64,000 bases of DNA from Mytilus trossulus (taxonomy: Eukaryota), in the NCBI RefSeq assembly GCF_036588685.1, contig NC_086373.1, positions 108,252,001 through 108,316,000 on the forward strand. Direction: 5' to 3'. The notes under the pieces were generated by a model that saw only the letters and a program-made list of their open reading frames with translations, did no database searches and had not been told where the DNA came from. A program made the position numbers and the translations under genes. Below, one piece after another: positions 51,250-64,000 of the stretch (position 1 is its first letter; every line of letters begins with the position of its first letter).

Positions 51250-52830
51250 ACAAAAGCACGTAAAGCCTACAACAAAGCTAAAATAAACCTGGTAAACAAG
51301 AACATAAAGATAAAAATAAAAAGTTAAAACCAACTGCACAAAGGGAGATAAGAAAAGCCCAAAAGCGCATACATGCAAGAAATAATTGGCCCCCAGTTAA
51401 GGAAAACCCGAAATCTTTCTGGCAATTTATAAAAAGTAAATAAAACAGAAACCTCTGGAGTTTCACCATTAAGAGGAAATGATGGTTTATTATATAGTGA
51501 CCCAAATACACAAGCTAACATCCTAAACTAACAATTTAAAAAGGCTTATACTACCTAAACTACATCCTCTATGCCAAATAAAGGTACAAGTCCCCACCCC
51601 ACTATGCCAGATATATTTATTAGTAATAACGGTTTATTAAAGATACTTAAAAACTTAAGTTCACACAAAGCCACTGGCCCTGATTTGTAAAAGATTACTA
51701 AGATTACGAAAAATGGTTAAAAATTGACTGTAAAGGGCAATAACTCCTAAAGGGGTCATGTTGACTTATTTGTAAATCTTACTTTGCTGAACATTATTGC
51801 TGTTTACAGTTTATCTCTATCTATAATAATATTCAAGATATTACCAAAAACAGCAAAATTTCCTTAAAATTACCAATTCAGGGGCAGCAACCTAATAACG
51901 AATTATACGATTCATCTGAAAATTTTAGGGCAGATAGATCTTGACCTGATAAACAATTTTACCTTGTCAGATTTGCTCGAAATGCTTTTGAGTTATAAGC
52001 CAAAAACTGCATTTCACCCCTATGTTCTATTTTTAGCCATGGCGGCCATCTTGGTTGGATGGCCGGGTCATCAGGCTCATTTTTTCAAACTAGATACCCC
52101 AATGATGATTGTGGCCAAGTTTGGTTTAATTTGGTCCAGTAGTTTCAGAGGAGAAGATTTTTGTAAAAGCTAGCGACGACGGATGATTACGACGGACGAC
52201 AACGACGAACGACGGATGATGACGACGGACGCCAATTGATGAGAAAAGCTCACTTGGCCCTAAAAAGGTGACAAGCATAACGCTATTAATTACCGACCAG
52301 TTTCATTAACTGCAATATTTTGCAAAATTCTGGAATATAATTTTAACTAACAACATAATAGGAAAAGATCTTTCAAATAATAACATATTAAATGACAGTT
52401 AGCATGGGTTTAGAAGTAAAAGGTCTTGTGAGACCCAATTTATTATCAGTATTCAAAATCTAACAAAATCATTGGCATATGATAATCAAATAGATGTCAT
52501 ACTTTTAGACTTTTCTAAAGCTTTTGATAAAGTCCCCCATCAAAGATTAGCCCAGAAATTAGATTTGTATGGTATAAGAATCAAAATTTATATTGGATAA
52601 ATGAGTTTTTGGCTGACAGGCAACAGCAGGTACACTTAAATGGTGTTAAGTCTTCAAAATTAGCTGTTGACTCTGGTGTCCCTCGGGGAACAGTTTTAGG
52701 CCCAACATTATTTTTACTTTTTATTAACAATTTACCGGAACATGAAACTTGCAATGCAAGACTTTTTGCAGACGACTGTTTAATAGAAATGTAAATAATA
52801 GCTCTGATGCACAATTACTTCAAAAAGAGT
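51250..52830 (+). mobile_element. Decayed CR1/L2-clade LINE reverse transcriptase fragment
   Basis: HKATGPD, NYRPVSLT, LLDFSKAFDKVPHQRL, SGVPRGTVLGPTLFLLFINNLP and RLFADDC motifs, with stops and frameshifts. Confidence 0.8.
51686..52262 (-). mobile_element. HINE-like fragment (AGCTCACCT family) inside the LINE remnant
   Basis: Reverse complement of 24950-25550, including the GACG microsatellite. Confidence 0.7.
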
Positions 52831-55490
52831 TATGCTCATGAAATGAACAAAACCGAAGTGTTATGTGTAGTTGTATTTTTTTCGTGCATTTTTCTTAAAA
52901 GAAGTTGCAAATTTGAAGCTTTGTAACCATTTTGAAAAAATAATGTGAAAATTTGGTATTGTTTATATCTGTATGTTATATTTTTTTCAGTAACTTACTA
53001 ATCTTAAGAAAATTTAAACCACAAAAATAAGAATACATGCTTTATTATTTTTTAATAAATTTGAGATTCTTTACCTTGATATGTTGAAAAATTCAATAAA
53101 CGGTCAACTAATGAATTCCAAATCTAGATTATAGCTTGATAAAAGATATGAAAACACCTTTAATGTTGTTTGTTATACTCTAAAGAACGCTAAAAAAAAT
53201 CCAGAATCAATACATTCTGATGATTAGAAGCGGTAAAGTTATAATTTTGTATCATTTTTTACTGATATTTCTGTCTTTTTTTGCAAGAGTTATCTCCCTT
53301 TTCAATGCAAATCTCCATAGGAATTTTAGATGGTGATATATTTAGTCTTCCTCAAGTTAGATTTTATGGGACTTTTTTCTGTGTATATTTGGGGTATAAT
53401 GTTAAAGATTAAAACTTTAAAATCTCCTGTTGCAATTACTTTCGGGTTAGGGTCAGATGAATGCTTGATTAACTGTTTATTGCTATTAACTTAGGAACAT
53501 ATCCGATATCATCTGTGAAACGGTTAATCTATATACGGTCAGCCAACTAATGATTTCGTCCGTAAAATTTACGAAGGGATGATTTCAAACTCACCATTTG
53601 TAACTCTTGGTTTAAAAGCTTTCTTGTGAGCAGCAATCCTCTATCAAGGAAATCATGATAGGAAATACAAGCTCGGGAATATCGTATCAATAATGGGAGA
53701 TATATACTCCGTATGCAGGCGCTGCTGGAATATTGCTACATAGAAATGAAAAGTTCACAATTGGGAGGCTGAAATCATCTCGTTTGTCGTAAAGTTTTGT
53801 TTTCAACCAACCCTTATTTTCAATTTCTATATGTAAATCAAGATATGAGGCAGACTTAACTGTACCTGTTGTGTCCTTTATCTCTAGTTCGATGGGATAG
53901 ATACTTTCAACATAGTCACCAAATTTTGAATTATTCAGTGAGAGAACATCATCTGTATAGCGGAAAGTTGAGTTAAAGATTATTGCTTACTTATTATTTT
54001 TAATCATAAGAAGTTCCTGTATGACGTCAGCCTCATAATAATAAAGAAACAAGTCGGCAGGAAGAGGGGCACAATTGGTTCCCATTGGAATGCCTACAGT
54101 CTGCTAAAAAGCACGTCCTCCAAACGTAACAAATATGTTGTTAATCAAGAATTCACATGCATTGTTAAACATCAGCAATTGCTATTGTTCCTAATCTCAG
54201 TCAATACCACGGCTTTGATTGTCCATACATTCCATTGGGGAATTTTAAATTGATATCAGACTTTTTGAATTATTAAACCATCCATTGAAAACGCGGAACA
54301 TCTCATCTGAGTAATATACTAATAACACTTCTTGTGTGAGACACTTTTTATATGTTAATGGATTTATTTTGTCATTGACTAGTATCATAGATATTTTAAG
54401 CCTCAAATGGTAAATTATATTAAATTAACGTCTAGATCTGAAATCTTGACACTGAAGTAAGTTTTAAACTAGGTCAGGTGGTTCATACGAGATTGTTACG
54501 TAATTGTATCTAATTACAATTACTACCTTGAAGCATAATAATCAAAACATCTTCATTGAAGTGGGGCGCAGCAAATTTAAGCGAACAAATTTACTACTAA
54601 GGGACATTTTTGCTCAGACATTATAGCCCACTTTAGCAAGGGATTAGTCCGTTTAAGCTAGGTTCACACTGCCGATCAGATCACCTCGATGATCCCGATT
54701 GTCCAAATTTCCACGATCAAGCTCAACCAAATTCTTGATCGGGTCTGTTTTTGACTTCTACCCGACTGCGTTCCGACTGTACACGACTTAAACTCGACCA
54801 TTCACGACTCCTTTATAATGACTTTATCACGACTCCATCCCGACAACAAAATGAAGACTCATTAGATGATTCCGATCAATTCACAATCTCTACACAATCT
54901 TTACTCGACAAGCCTGACCAAATCAACTATTCTCGATCTCAGCCTGATCTCAACCAGACCAGATCGACCTGATCGTATATGGGTCATATGGATAGTCGGG
55001 AATTGGTCGGGTACACACAATTTTAGAATAAAAACGTCCGAATGTTTTGTTCCCCGCCGCTTCGGAGTGGTCATTACGTTTTACCCTCGTCCTTCCGTAA
55101 GTACGAACGCACGTCTTAAAACAATATTAGTTTCCGTTCTCTATTGTATTTTGCTACCATAAAACAAAGAGAGAATGTGGGTGGCTGTTCTTGAGTAATT
55201 ACCCTTTATAATGTTATATACCATAGACACATTCTCCGTTTATTTGGTTATATCCACTAGAAGGTCTGTGTAAAATGATACATCTAAAATATCTAAATAA
55301 AGCAGTTGGATTTGTGGAAAAGGCGGTTAGATCTCAGAGAGAGGGTTAATAGCTGTGTCAAAAAAGAGGAATCCAATTGTTATTAAGACTTCCTCATAGT
55401 GGACGCTGATATGTTATGGGAATTATATTGCTCTTCTCTTGAAAATGATACCACAATATGATATTTGTCACTGGATTAGTACTTATGTAG

Positions 55491-57292
55491 AACTAGAGGG
55501 TCTAAAGAGCCTGTGTCGCTCACCTTGATATATGTAAATTAAACAAAGGAAGCAGACAGTTCATGACAAAATTGTGTTTAGGTGATTGTGATGTGTTTGT
55601 ACATCTTACTTTACTGAACATTCTTGCTGCTTACAATTATCTCTATCTATAATGAACTTGTCCGTGTTGTTTCAGTGGAAAATGTTAGTAAAATTTTACA
55701 AATTTTATGAAAATTGTTAAAAATTGGTTATAAAGGACAATAACTTCTTAGGGGGTCAATTGACCATTTTGGTCATTTTGACTTATTTTTGAGTCTTAAA
55801 TTGCTGTACATTATTGCTGTTTACAGTTTATCTCTATCTATAATAATGTTCAAGATAACAACCCAAAACAGCAAAATTTCCTTAAAATTACCAATTTAGG
55901 GGCAGCAGACTAACAACCAGTTGTCCGATTCATCTAAAAATTTCAGAGCAGATAGATCTTCATCAGATAATCAATTTTACCCCCATGTCAGATTTGCTCT
56001 AAATGCCTTGCTTTTTGAGTTATAAGTCAAAAACTGCATTTTACCCCTATGTTCTTTTTTAGCCGTAGCGGCCATCTTGGTTGGTTTGCCCGGTCAGAAA
56101 ATACAATTTTTAAACAAGATAGCCTTATAATGATTCTGGCTATGTTTGGTAAAATTTGGCCCAGTAGTTTCAGAGGAGAAGTTTTTGTAAACGTTAACTA
56201 AGATTTACGAAAAATGGTTAAAAATTGACTATAAAGGACAATAACTCATAAAGGGGTCAACTGATCATTTTGGTCCTGTTGACTTATTTGTAAATCTTGC
56301 TTTGCTGAACATTTTTGCTGTTTACAGTTTATCTCTATCCATAATTATATTCAAGATAATATCCAAAAACAGCAAAATTTCCTTAAAATATCCAATTCAG
56401 GGGCAGCAACCAAACAACGGGTTGTCCCATTCATCTTAAAATTACAGGGCAGATAGATCTTGACCAGATAAACAATTTTACCCATTGTCAGATTTGCTCT
56501 AAATGCTTTGGTCTTTGAGTAATAACCAAAAACTGCATTTAACCTCCATGTTCTATTTTTAGCCGTGGCGGCCATCTTGGTTGGTTGGCCGGGTAAAAAA
56601 ACACAATTTTTAAACTAGATACATCAATGATGATTGTGGCCAAGTTTGGATTAATTTGCCCCGGTAGTTTTAGAGGAGAAGATTTTTGTAAAAGATCATG
56701 GAAATTTACGAAAAAAGGTTAAAAATTGACTATAAAGGGCAATAACTCCTAAAGAGGTCAACTGACCATTTTGGTCATTTGACTTATTTGTAAATCTTAC
56801 TTTGCTGAACATTATTGCTGTTTAAAGTTTATCTCCATCTATAATAATATTCAAGATAATAACCAAAAACAGTAAAATTTCCTTAAAATTACCAATTTAG
56901 GGGCAGCAACCCAACAATGGGTTGTCTGATTCATCTAAAAACTTCAGGGCAGATAGATCTTGACCTAATAAACTATTTAACCCCTTGTCAGATTTGCTCT
57001 AAATGCTTTAGTTTTTGAGTTATAAGCCAAAAACTGCATTTTACCCCTATGTTCTATGTTTAGACATGGCGGCCATCTTGGTTGGTTGGCCGGGTAAAAA
57101 AAATTTAAACTAGATACATCAATGATGATTGTGACCAAGTTTGGTTTAATTTGGCCCAGTAGTTTCAGAGGAGAAGATTTTTGTAAAAGTTAACTACGAC
57201 GGACGCAGGACGACGACGACGACGGACGACGGACGCCGGGCGCCAATTGATGAGACAAACTCACTTGGCCTTTTAGGCCAGGTGAGCTAAAA
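55491..57292 (-). mobile_element. HINE-like element, complete, ~3 central ~500-bp units
   Basis: AACTAGAGG.TCTAAAGAGCC..CGCTCACCT end and CAGGTGAGCTAA end. The unit marker AGAGGAGAAG occurs at ~56172, 56672 and 57167. Confidence 0.8.
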
Positions 57293-58365
57293 ATGTAGAA
57301 AGGAAGATCGATGACAACCAAGGTAGACTACCCCGAACATTCTAGCCGATTGAGTCAGACCAGTCATCTGATCGCGTAATTTGTCTTGATCGGACTTGAT
57401 CGAGATTGTAAACATAGTTTACCTGGAGTTGGTTTCACCCAATAACTTACGACTTGATCGTAGGTATACTTAATTGTTCACGACTTAGGGTCAATTTTAG
57501 ACGTATGTTTTTTTGTGAAACCGACTCCTGTATTTTAAATGGGGAAATAATGTGACATATGAAGGCGAAGTTGAACGTCATCAGCCGGACATTTTCGTTT
57601 TCTGGAAATTATCAAATAACAAACAACAAAAATTATTAGGAAGTATCGATACAATTTCTCTTCAGCCTATTCAAGAAGAAAAGAAAGAGCAGTTCCTCTA
57701 GCAATGAACAACCTGGAACGCGGTATATCAAAAGCCCGCCACGAACGTCCATTCGTACATTTTTTTACAATTTAGCATTTGAAATATATTTCGAAGACTT
57801 TTAGTTCTGTGTTTCAATAAACACGACTTTTTTTCTATTTTATGTTTACTTATTTAGCTTTAATTCTCGTCTCTCTATTCTAAATATATATACCAGATTT
57901 GATATGTGTTTGACTATATAGAAGCAAGGGAATTAAGCGCCATAATCGGTCCCAATTTTCACGAAAAAATAAAGTTCATTCGAAGTCAGATGTTACCAAC
58001 TAAAATAACCATTGTAAAGTGTGACATGTTTTCCTGACATCCCAATAGGACCTCGAAAACGTGATGATGTTGTAAGTATTGATAAGAAATCAAAGATTTT
58101 CAAGTATATTTTTGAAAATTCGTACCTTCCGCAGGCATGTGCCAAAATTTCCTTTTAACAGTAAACAGAAATATAAACCAACAAAATTATGGAATGAAAT
58201 ATTCACCATAATTATACAATTCTTAATTTGTGAAATGCAATGTCTTAATAAGAAACATCTAGACTTGTCAAACTTCATGATTTGTAACATGGTGATTTGT
58301 AATTTTTTCTTTAGAAACGAAACTTCTCATTGGCTGGCTGCGGGTAACAGTTACACAGACACATC

Positions 58366-59357
58366 TATGGCACGCCGTTTTCATATTTATTCAAATTTGA
58401 AGATATCCTATTTATTTAACAAGATATCTTATTAAGTATTAAGATATCTTTAATTTTTATAAGATATCTTATTCAATTTGAAAGTAAATCAGATATCTCT
58501 ATTAGTTTTTAAGACATCTCTATAAGTTTATAAGATATCTCTATTACTTAATAAGATATTTTATAAAGTATATAAGATATCTTACTTCTTTATAAAGATA
58601 TCTTTTAAATACATACTTTATCAGATATCTTATTAATTAATAGAGATATCTTATAAACTAATAGAGATATCTTATTAACTTATGGATATATCTTATATAT
58701 TAAATAAGATATCTTTATAACCAATTAAATAAGATATCTCTATAAGTTAATAAGATATCTCTAAAAGTTTATAAGATATCTCTATTAGTTTATAAGATAT
58801 CTCTATAAGTTTATAAGATATCTCTATAAGTTAATAAGATATCTCTATTAATTAACAAGATATCTTATAAAGTATTAAGATATCTTTAATTTTTATAAGA
58901 TATCTTATTTAATTTGAAAGTAAATAAGATATCTCTATTAGTTGATAAGATATCTCTATTATTTTTTAAGATATCTTATTAAGTAAATAAGATATCTCTA
59001 TTAGTTTATAAGATATCTCGATAATTTTTTAAGATATCTTATTAAGTAAATAAGATATCTCTATTATTAACTATATAAAAGATATCTTATATAGTTAATA
59101 AGATATCTTATAAATTAATAGAAATATCTTATATTTTAAATAAGATATCTTATATATTTTATAAGATATCTTTATAAACATTTCAATAAGATATCTTATT
59201 TAATATATAAGATATATTATTTAATAAATCAGATATCTCAATTAATATATAAGATATCTCATTTTGTTATTAAGATATCTCAATTAGTTTTTAAGATATC
59301 TTATTTAACTAAATAAGATATTTCGAAATTGAATATGTATAATAACGGCGTGCCGTA
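58366..59357. mobile_element. Foldback-like TIR element filled with AGATATCT repeats, 6-bp TSD
   Basis: TATGGCACGCCGTT / AACGGCGTGCCGTA termini; CACATC duplicated at 58360-58365 and 59358-59363; dozens of AGATATCT at ~20-bp spacing. Confidence 0.85.
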
Positions 59358-59881
59358 CACATCTCACAAAACGTGACTCAAACAAAGTAACTACATTTCA
59401 CACATTAAGAAATGTAGAAATTCATGTACCGAATGAATAAAATTCATGTAACGAATGAATAAAATACCTTAACAAATTAAGAAATTGTGTTTTCACATTA
59501 AAAAATTACATTTTACAAATTACGAAATTGCATGATACGATGATACGAATTAAGAATTTCATTTCCCAAATTAAAAATTGTATTAGTTTGGCGGATATTC
59601 TCTTCCATACAAAATAGCCTGGGAAAGATGGGATTTTTTTTGTCAAAATCGATATCGTTTTCTTCTGGGGGTGGGAGGGGTCTTGGAAATATATACCCCT
59701 TTAAGACAAACAATCTACTTGCAAATACATTAACTTCTATGAGATGCAAATATTATGCAACTCGATGTGGATTATTCCTAAACCTTTTTTAGTCTTGTTA
59801 GTCTTTCTCATGGTTTATATTTGATATGGATAGAAAAGAAAGAAGAACTCGAACACAGTTCCTCGGACGTTAGGCGTTAAA

Positions 59882-60929
59882 AACTAGAGGCTCTAAAGAG
59901 CCTGTGTCGCTCACCTTGGTCTAGGTGAATATTAAACAAAGGAAGCAGATGGATTCATGACAAAATTGTGTTTTGGTGATGGTGATGTGTTTGTACATCT
60001 TACTTTACTAAACAGTATTGCTGCTTACAATTATCTCTATCTATAATGAACTTGTCCGTGTAGTTTCAGTGGAAAATGTTAATAAAAATTTACAAATTTT
60101 ATGAAATATGTTTGAAATTGACTATTAAGGACAATAACTCATAAAGGGGGTCAATTGACCATTTCGGTCATTTTGACTTATTTGTAAATCTTACTTTGCT
60201 GAACATTATTGCTGTTTACAGTTTATCTCTATCTATAATAATATTCAAGATAATAACCAAAAACAGTAAAATTTCCTTAAAATTACCGATTCAGGGACAG
60301 CAACCCAACAACAGGTTGTGTGATTCATCTGAAAATTTCAGGGCAGATAGATGTTGACGTAATTAATATTTTTACCACATGTCAGATTTGCTCTAAATGC
60401 TTTGGTTTTTGAGTTATAAGCCAAAAACTGCATTTTACGCCTAGGTTCTATCTTTAGCTGTGGCGGCCATCTTGATTTGATGGCCGGGTCAACAGACACA
60501 TTTTTTAAACTAGGTACCCCAAAGATGGCCAAGTTTGGATTAATTTGGCCCAGTAGTTTCAGAGGAGAAGATTTTTGTAAATGATAACTAAGATTTACGA
60601 AAAATGGTTAAAAATTGACAGTAAAGGGCAATAACTCCTAAAAGGGTCAACTGACCATTTTGGTCACGTTGACTTATTTGTAAATCTTACTTTGCTGAAC
60701 ATTATTGCTGTTTACAGTTTATCTCTATCTATAATAATATTCAAGATAATAACCAAAAACAGCAAAATTTCCTTAAAATTACCAATTCAGGGGCAGCAAC
60801 CCAACAACGGATTGTCCGATTCATCTGAAAATTTCAGGGCAGATAGATCTTTGACTGATAAACAGTTTTACCACGTGTCAGAGTGATGGGAAAAGCTCAC
60901 TTGGCCCATTGGGCCAGCTGAGCTAAAAA
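59882..60929 (-). mobile_element. HINE-like element with internal deletion
   Basis: Same termini as 55491-57292; the microsatellite part is missing. Confidence 0.75.
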
Positions 60930-62029
60930 CTAGAAAATGAAACTATGAAGTAGATAGTTTTATAGGCATATTTTATCAGAAAAAGCAATTTGTTCTAAGC
61001 TGGGCCGATTTTGGCCCTTATTGACCCTACTCCATTTCACTTCTGTTCTCATACTATGAGCAACAAAATCATGTATTGCGTAAAAAAAATCTGTATACCT
61101 GACAAAATAATCGTTTTCATTTACCCGTGTTCATGATTTTATTTGGCTGCATGTTGTGATTGTCCTTCTGAAATCGTTTAATATCTCACCCTTTATTTTA
61201 TTGATTTTGCATTTACATTGTGTCAATCATAGGTCAAAATTGTAGGTCAGGTGTATGTTCGCTTGTTTGTGTTATCAAGTCTTTTGATTGAGTTGAGACA
61301 TTTCAATTGATATTTTATAGGGTGTCTTTCTATGTTGTTATGTTACATTTTTGTTTCAGGTAAGGGTGAAGGTTGGTACCTATTAGAAAGTTTTTTGCAC
61401 CTGTTGTGTAATGGTTGTCGTTTGTTGATGTGGTTCATAAGTTTTTTGGGTTTTTTTATTATATAGATTAAACCGTTGGTTTTCCAGTTTGAATCGTCTA
61501 ACACTGGTCATTTTTTAAGTTTTGCCCTTTATAGCTTGATGTTCAAGGTGAGCCAAGGCTCCGTGTTGAAGAGCCTACTTTGATAATCATCTATAATGGT
61601 TTACCGTTAGACAGTGTTACTTGCATGGAGATTTGTCTCGTTGGCACTTGTACCACATCTTCTTATATCTATATGATGTTTTATTTTCGTCTTAACTGTA
61701 TTATTTCTGCTGCTAAAAGTTGACATAACTAATTTCCATTTTCGTTGAATGGAAAAAAATATATTGCGCTAAAATGTCCAATATTATTCATTAAAATGTA
61801 GCAATAAAGGAGCATGTGTAGACGTTTATTGCTTATCTAAACACCTTAACACAGCAATATATGTCAAACTTTCAGTACTAACATTTTTAAATTTCAAATA
61901 CAAAATAAAAAGATTAAATTCAAATATAAAAAAGAAGATGTGGTATGACTATTTCAAAATGTGTCCAAGTTTATTATCTCATAAACTATGAATGTTACAA
62001 AATAAGTTTGCTAAAAAAATAATGAAAAA

Positions 62030-62180
62030 GATGTTCATGAAGATGACTTAATCTATTCTTTCTCAAAACGTTCAAAAAGATGAGTAAGTCTATTCTTTCT
62101 AAGAACGTTCATGAAGGCGACTTAATCTATTCTTTCTCAAAATGTTCATAGCGATGAGTTAATCTATTCTTTCTAAGAAT
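62030..62180. repeat. 37-bp tandem repeat (4 units, ABAB) overlapping a stop codon
   Basis: TCTATTCTTTCT at ~62052, 62089, 62126 and 62163. Confidence 0.8.
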
Positions 62181-62383
62181 CCTGCTTCCTTTAACAACTC
62201 GTCTCTCACTTCTGTCAGTATTTTCCCCAGTAGATTTTTTCCTTTCCATGTTTCCTGGTTTAGAGCCTCTGGGTCATCTGATCGAAGTCCTATTCCCCAA
62301 ATCTTATCATTTCTACTGGCCAATACCAAAGTCTTTGGGTATGTCTTAATCAGGTGTTCTTTTAACTCCTTATTCTGAGAATA
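62159..62383 (-). CDS. Last coding exon of a NADAR/YbiA-family protein (gene continues to the right, probably beyond the window)
   Basis: Acceptor TTATTTTTACAG, then YSQNKELKEHLIKTYPKTLVLASRNDKIWGIGLRSDDPEALNQETWKGKNLLGKILTEVRDELLKEAGFLERID*. This fits the NADAR C-terminal signature (SQN..L...L..T..LVxAS..D.IWG.G...W.G.NLLG..L..VR). Confidence 0.85.
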   Translation of the reverse strand, partial: YSQNKELKEHLIKTYPKTLVLASRNDKIWGIGLRSDDPEALNQETWKGKNLLGKILTEVRDELLKEAGFLERID

Positions 62384-63020
62384 CTGTAAAAATAATTAAG
62401 TACAATTCATATTTATGAAACTATTACAAATTGGTATGCTAGTACTACAGTATTCAATTTTGTTTTTGTTGCTTCCTTGAAATATTCTAAAGTCATCTAA
62501 AACATAACTACGGCAATGGTCCCATGTAAGTGTGCTTTAGTAGTGATGTTCGTTGGTTCGACCCCAGTCAGGTCTAAACAAAGACTTAACAGATCTTAAA
62601 AAGACGTGGCCAGGTGAGCTAAACGTCTACATGCTAGCAAGTTGTTTTGAATGATTCTAATTAGGAAATTAACCCTTTTGCAGTTTGTTTGCCTATATAC
62701 TGTTTATATGACATCGAGTTTACTTTTAGGTCATTGAGTTCAGTTTAATATTTTTCGTCATGAGAAGGAAGTTTTCCGTGCATTTTTTAACTTAAAAAGC
62801 TTCCTCAATCAAAACTTCCTTACAAGTTAAATGATATAAAAGTCATACATAATGTACAAGCACTTGGGCCATCCAAAAGCTAAGAATATTCTTTTCGGAA
62901 TCATGTGGTGTATCTTACCATGTATATTACACACCTTTGAACAGTTAACAAGCTAAGTATTTAGACAATATTTTTAGAAAGCTTAAACAGATTGAAGACA
63001 TACAGGTGGTAGATACCAAA

Positions 63021-64000
63021 TAAAACCAGATGCTCCACAGGGCGCAGCTTTATACGACCGCAGAGGTTGAACCCTGAACGGTTGGGGCAAGTATGGACAC
63101 AACATTCAAGCTGGATTCAGCTCTTAATTTGGATTTGGATTAAATAGTTGACACAGCATAGGTTTCTGACACAGAATGAATGTGGTCTAATGAACTTAAA
63201 AAGTTTGTTTTGCCTTTGAGTAATTCACTATGGTGTTGAATATATATCCTCTCAAAAAAATGTTAGAAGAAATTTTCTTTTTATTTATGAAATCTGAAAT
63301 GAGAAAAATTGACACCCCACCATTTTTTTTTTCCACATGACCCTTTCCCTTATTCCAAAACTGATCTCAATTCAAATTTCTAATGGAGTTTGCAACAATA
63401 ACTGCTCTTTAAATACATCATAAAATATTAAAATGTAAAAATAAGTACTTGTTATCACTGAATGGTAAAGATTGTTTTAATTTATCAGTTGGTAGTTAAA
63501 GTGAAAATACATTGTATATTGTATAAAAAAAAATGATTTAAGTTGATTCAACTACTATTCTGGACAAAGAAAGATAACTCCAATTGAAAATTTCTTGCTA
63601 TGCACAATATTGTGCAATTAGATATTTCTTGCTATTGCGCAATACTATGCAATTGAAAATACTTGCTATTGCGCAATACTGTGCAATTGAAAATTTCTTG
63701 CTATTGCACAATACTGTACAATTGAAGATTTCTTGCTATTGCTGAATACTGTGCAATTGAAAATATCTTGCTATTGCACAATACTAAGTATAATAATTTT
63801 GAATCCTAATTTGGACCAACTTAAAAACTGGGCCCATAATCTAAAATATAAGTACATGTTTAGATTCAGCATATCAAAGAAGCCCAAGAATCTATTTTTT
63901 GTTAAAATCAAACTTAGTTTAATTTTAGACCTTAATGTAGACCAATTTGAAAAAGGGACCAAAAATTAAGAATCTACATTCACAGTTAGATTTGGCATAT
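63021..64000. mobile_element. Interspersed repeat (probably another HINE-type family) containing a ~35-bp minisatellite at 63580-63785
   Basis: Hairpin-like end (TGCTCC..GGGCGCA) and tandem CAATACTGTGCAATTGAAAATTTCTTGCTATTG units. Confidence 0.5.

Larger units (their letters stand above)
50892..53490. mobile_element. Degenerate TIR element (possibly Kolobok-like, TTAA-type target)
   Basis: TAGTAATACACAGTTA at the left versus TAACTGTTTATTGCTA at the right; it interrupts the Penelope remnant. Confidence 0.5.
50605..54150 (-). mobile_element. Penelope-like retroelement remnant (RT pseudogene ~53700-54150) split by an insertion at 50892-53490
   Basis: The minus strand reads GRAF*QTVGIPMGTNCAPL...TFRYTDDVL. 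The two halves rejoin at ACGAC.TAAGG|AACATATCCG, as seen intact at 2390-2412. Confidence 0.75.

Noticed and set aside
54655-57422. Possible large TIR element (GCTAGGTTCACAC...GTAAACATAGT) around the HINE copy, and ORFs 54751/54866
   Set aside because: The termini are too degenerate and no clear TSD is visible; the ORFs are low-complexity CGAT/CGAC-rich translations.
58420-59320. CRISPR-like appearance of regularly spaced repeats (also 63580-63785 and 62030-62180)
   Set aside because: Spacers are short, AT-only and mutually similar, there are no cas genes, and the context is eukaryotic.
62530-62600. tRNA-like B-box GGTTCGACCCC
   Set aside because: No cloverleaf can be built; at most a decayed tRNA-derived SINE head.

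Overview
AT-rich animal genomic DNA; the repeat families look bivalve and Mytilus-like, which is my inference. It is not a prokaryotic window. Main contents: (1) a birth-and-death cluster of single-coding-exon TRIM-like genes with two B-box-type zinc fingers and an NHL-like beta-propeller but no RING or evident coiled coil. There are three intact copies (4131-5393 -, 8799-10049 +, 47487-48749 +), one B-box-only truncation and three remnants, arranged as a duplicated divergent pair. (2) A 17.3-kb head-to-tail trimer of a very young BEL/Pao LTR retrotransposon with four shared LTRs and a single 5-bp TSD (AGTAC). The inner LTRs carry a 12-bp deletion that the outer ones lack, and all four end in non-canonical TG...AA. 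(3) Minimal hammerhead ribozymes in ~356-nt retrozyme-like repeats, on both strands between the divergent genes. (4) The last coding exon of a NADAR/YbiA-family gene (62159-62383 -), missed by the ORF track. (5) Many nested non-autonomous transposons (Helentron/HINE-like elements, MITEs, a GATATC foldback element) and decayed Penelope-like and CR1/L2-like fragments.
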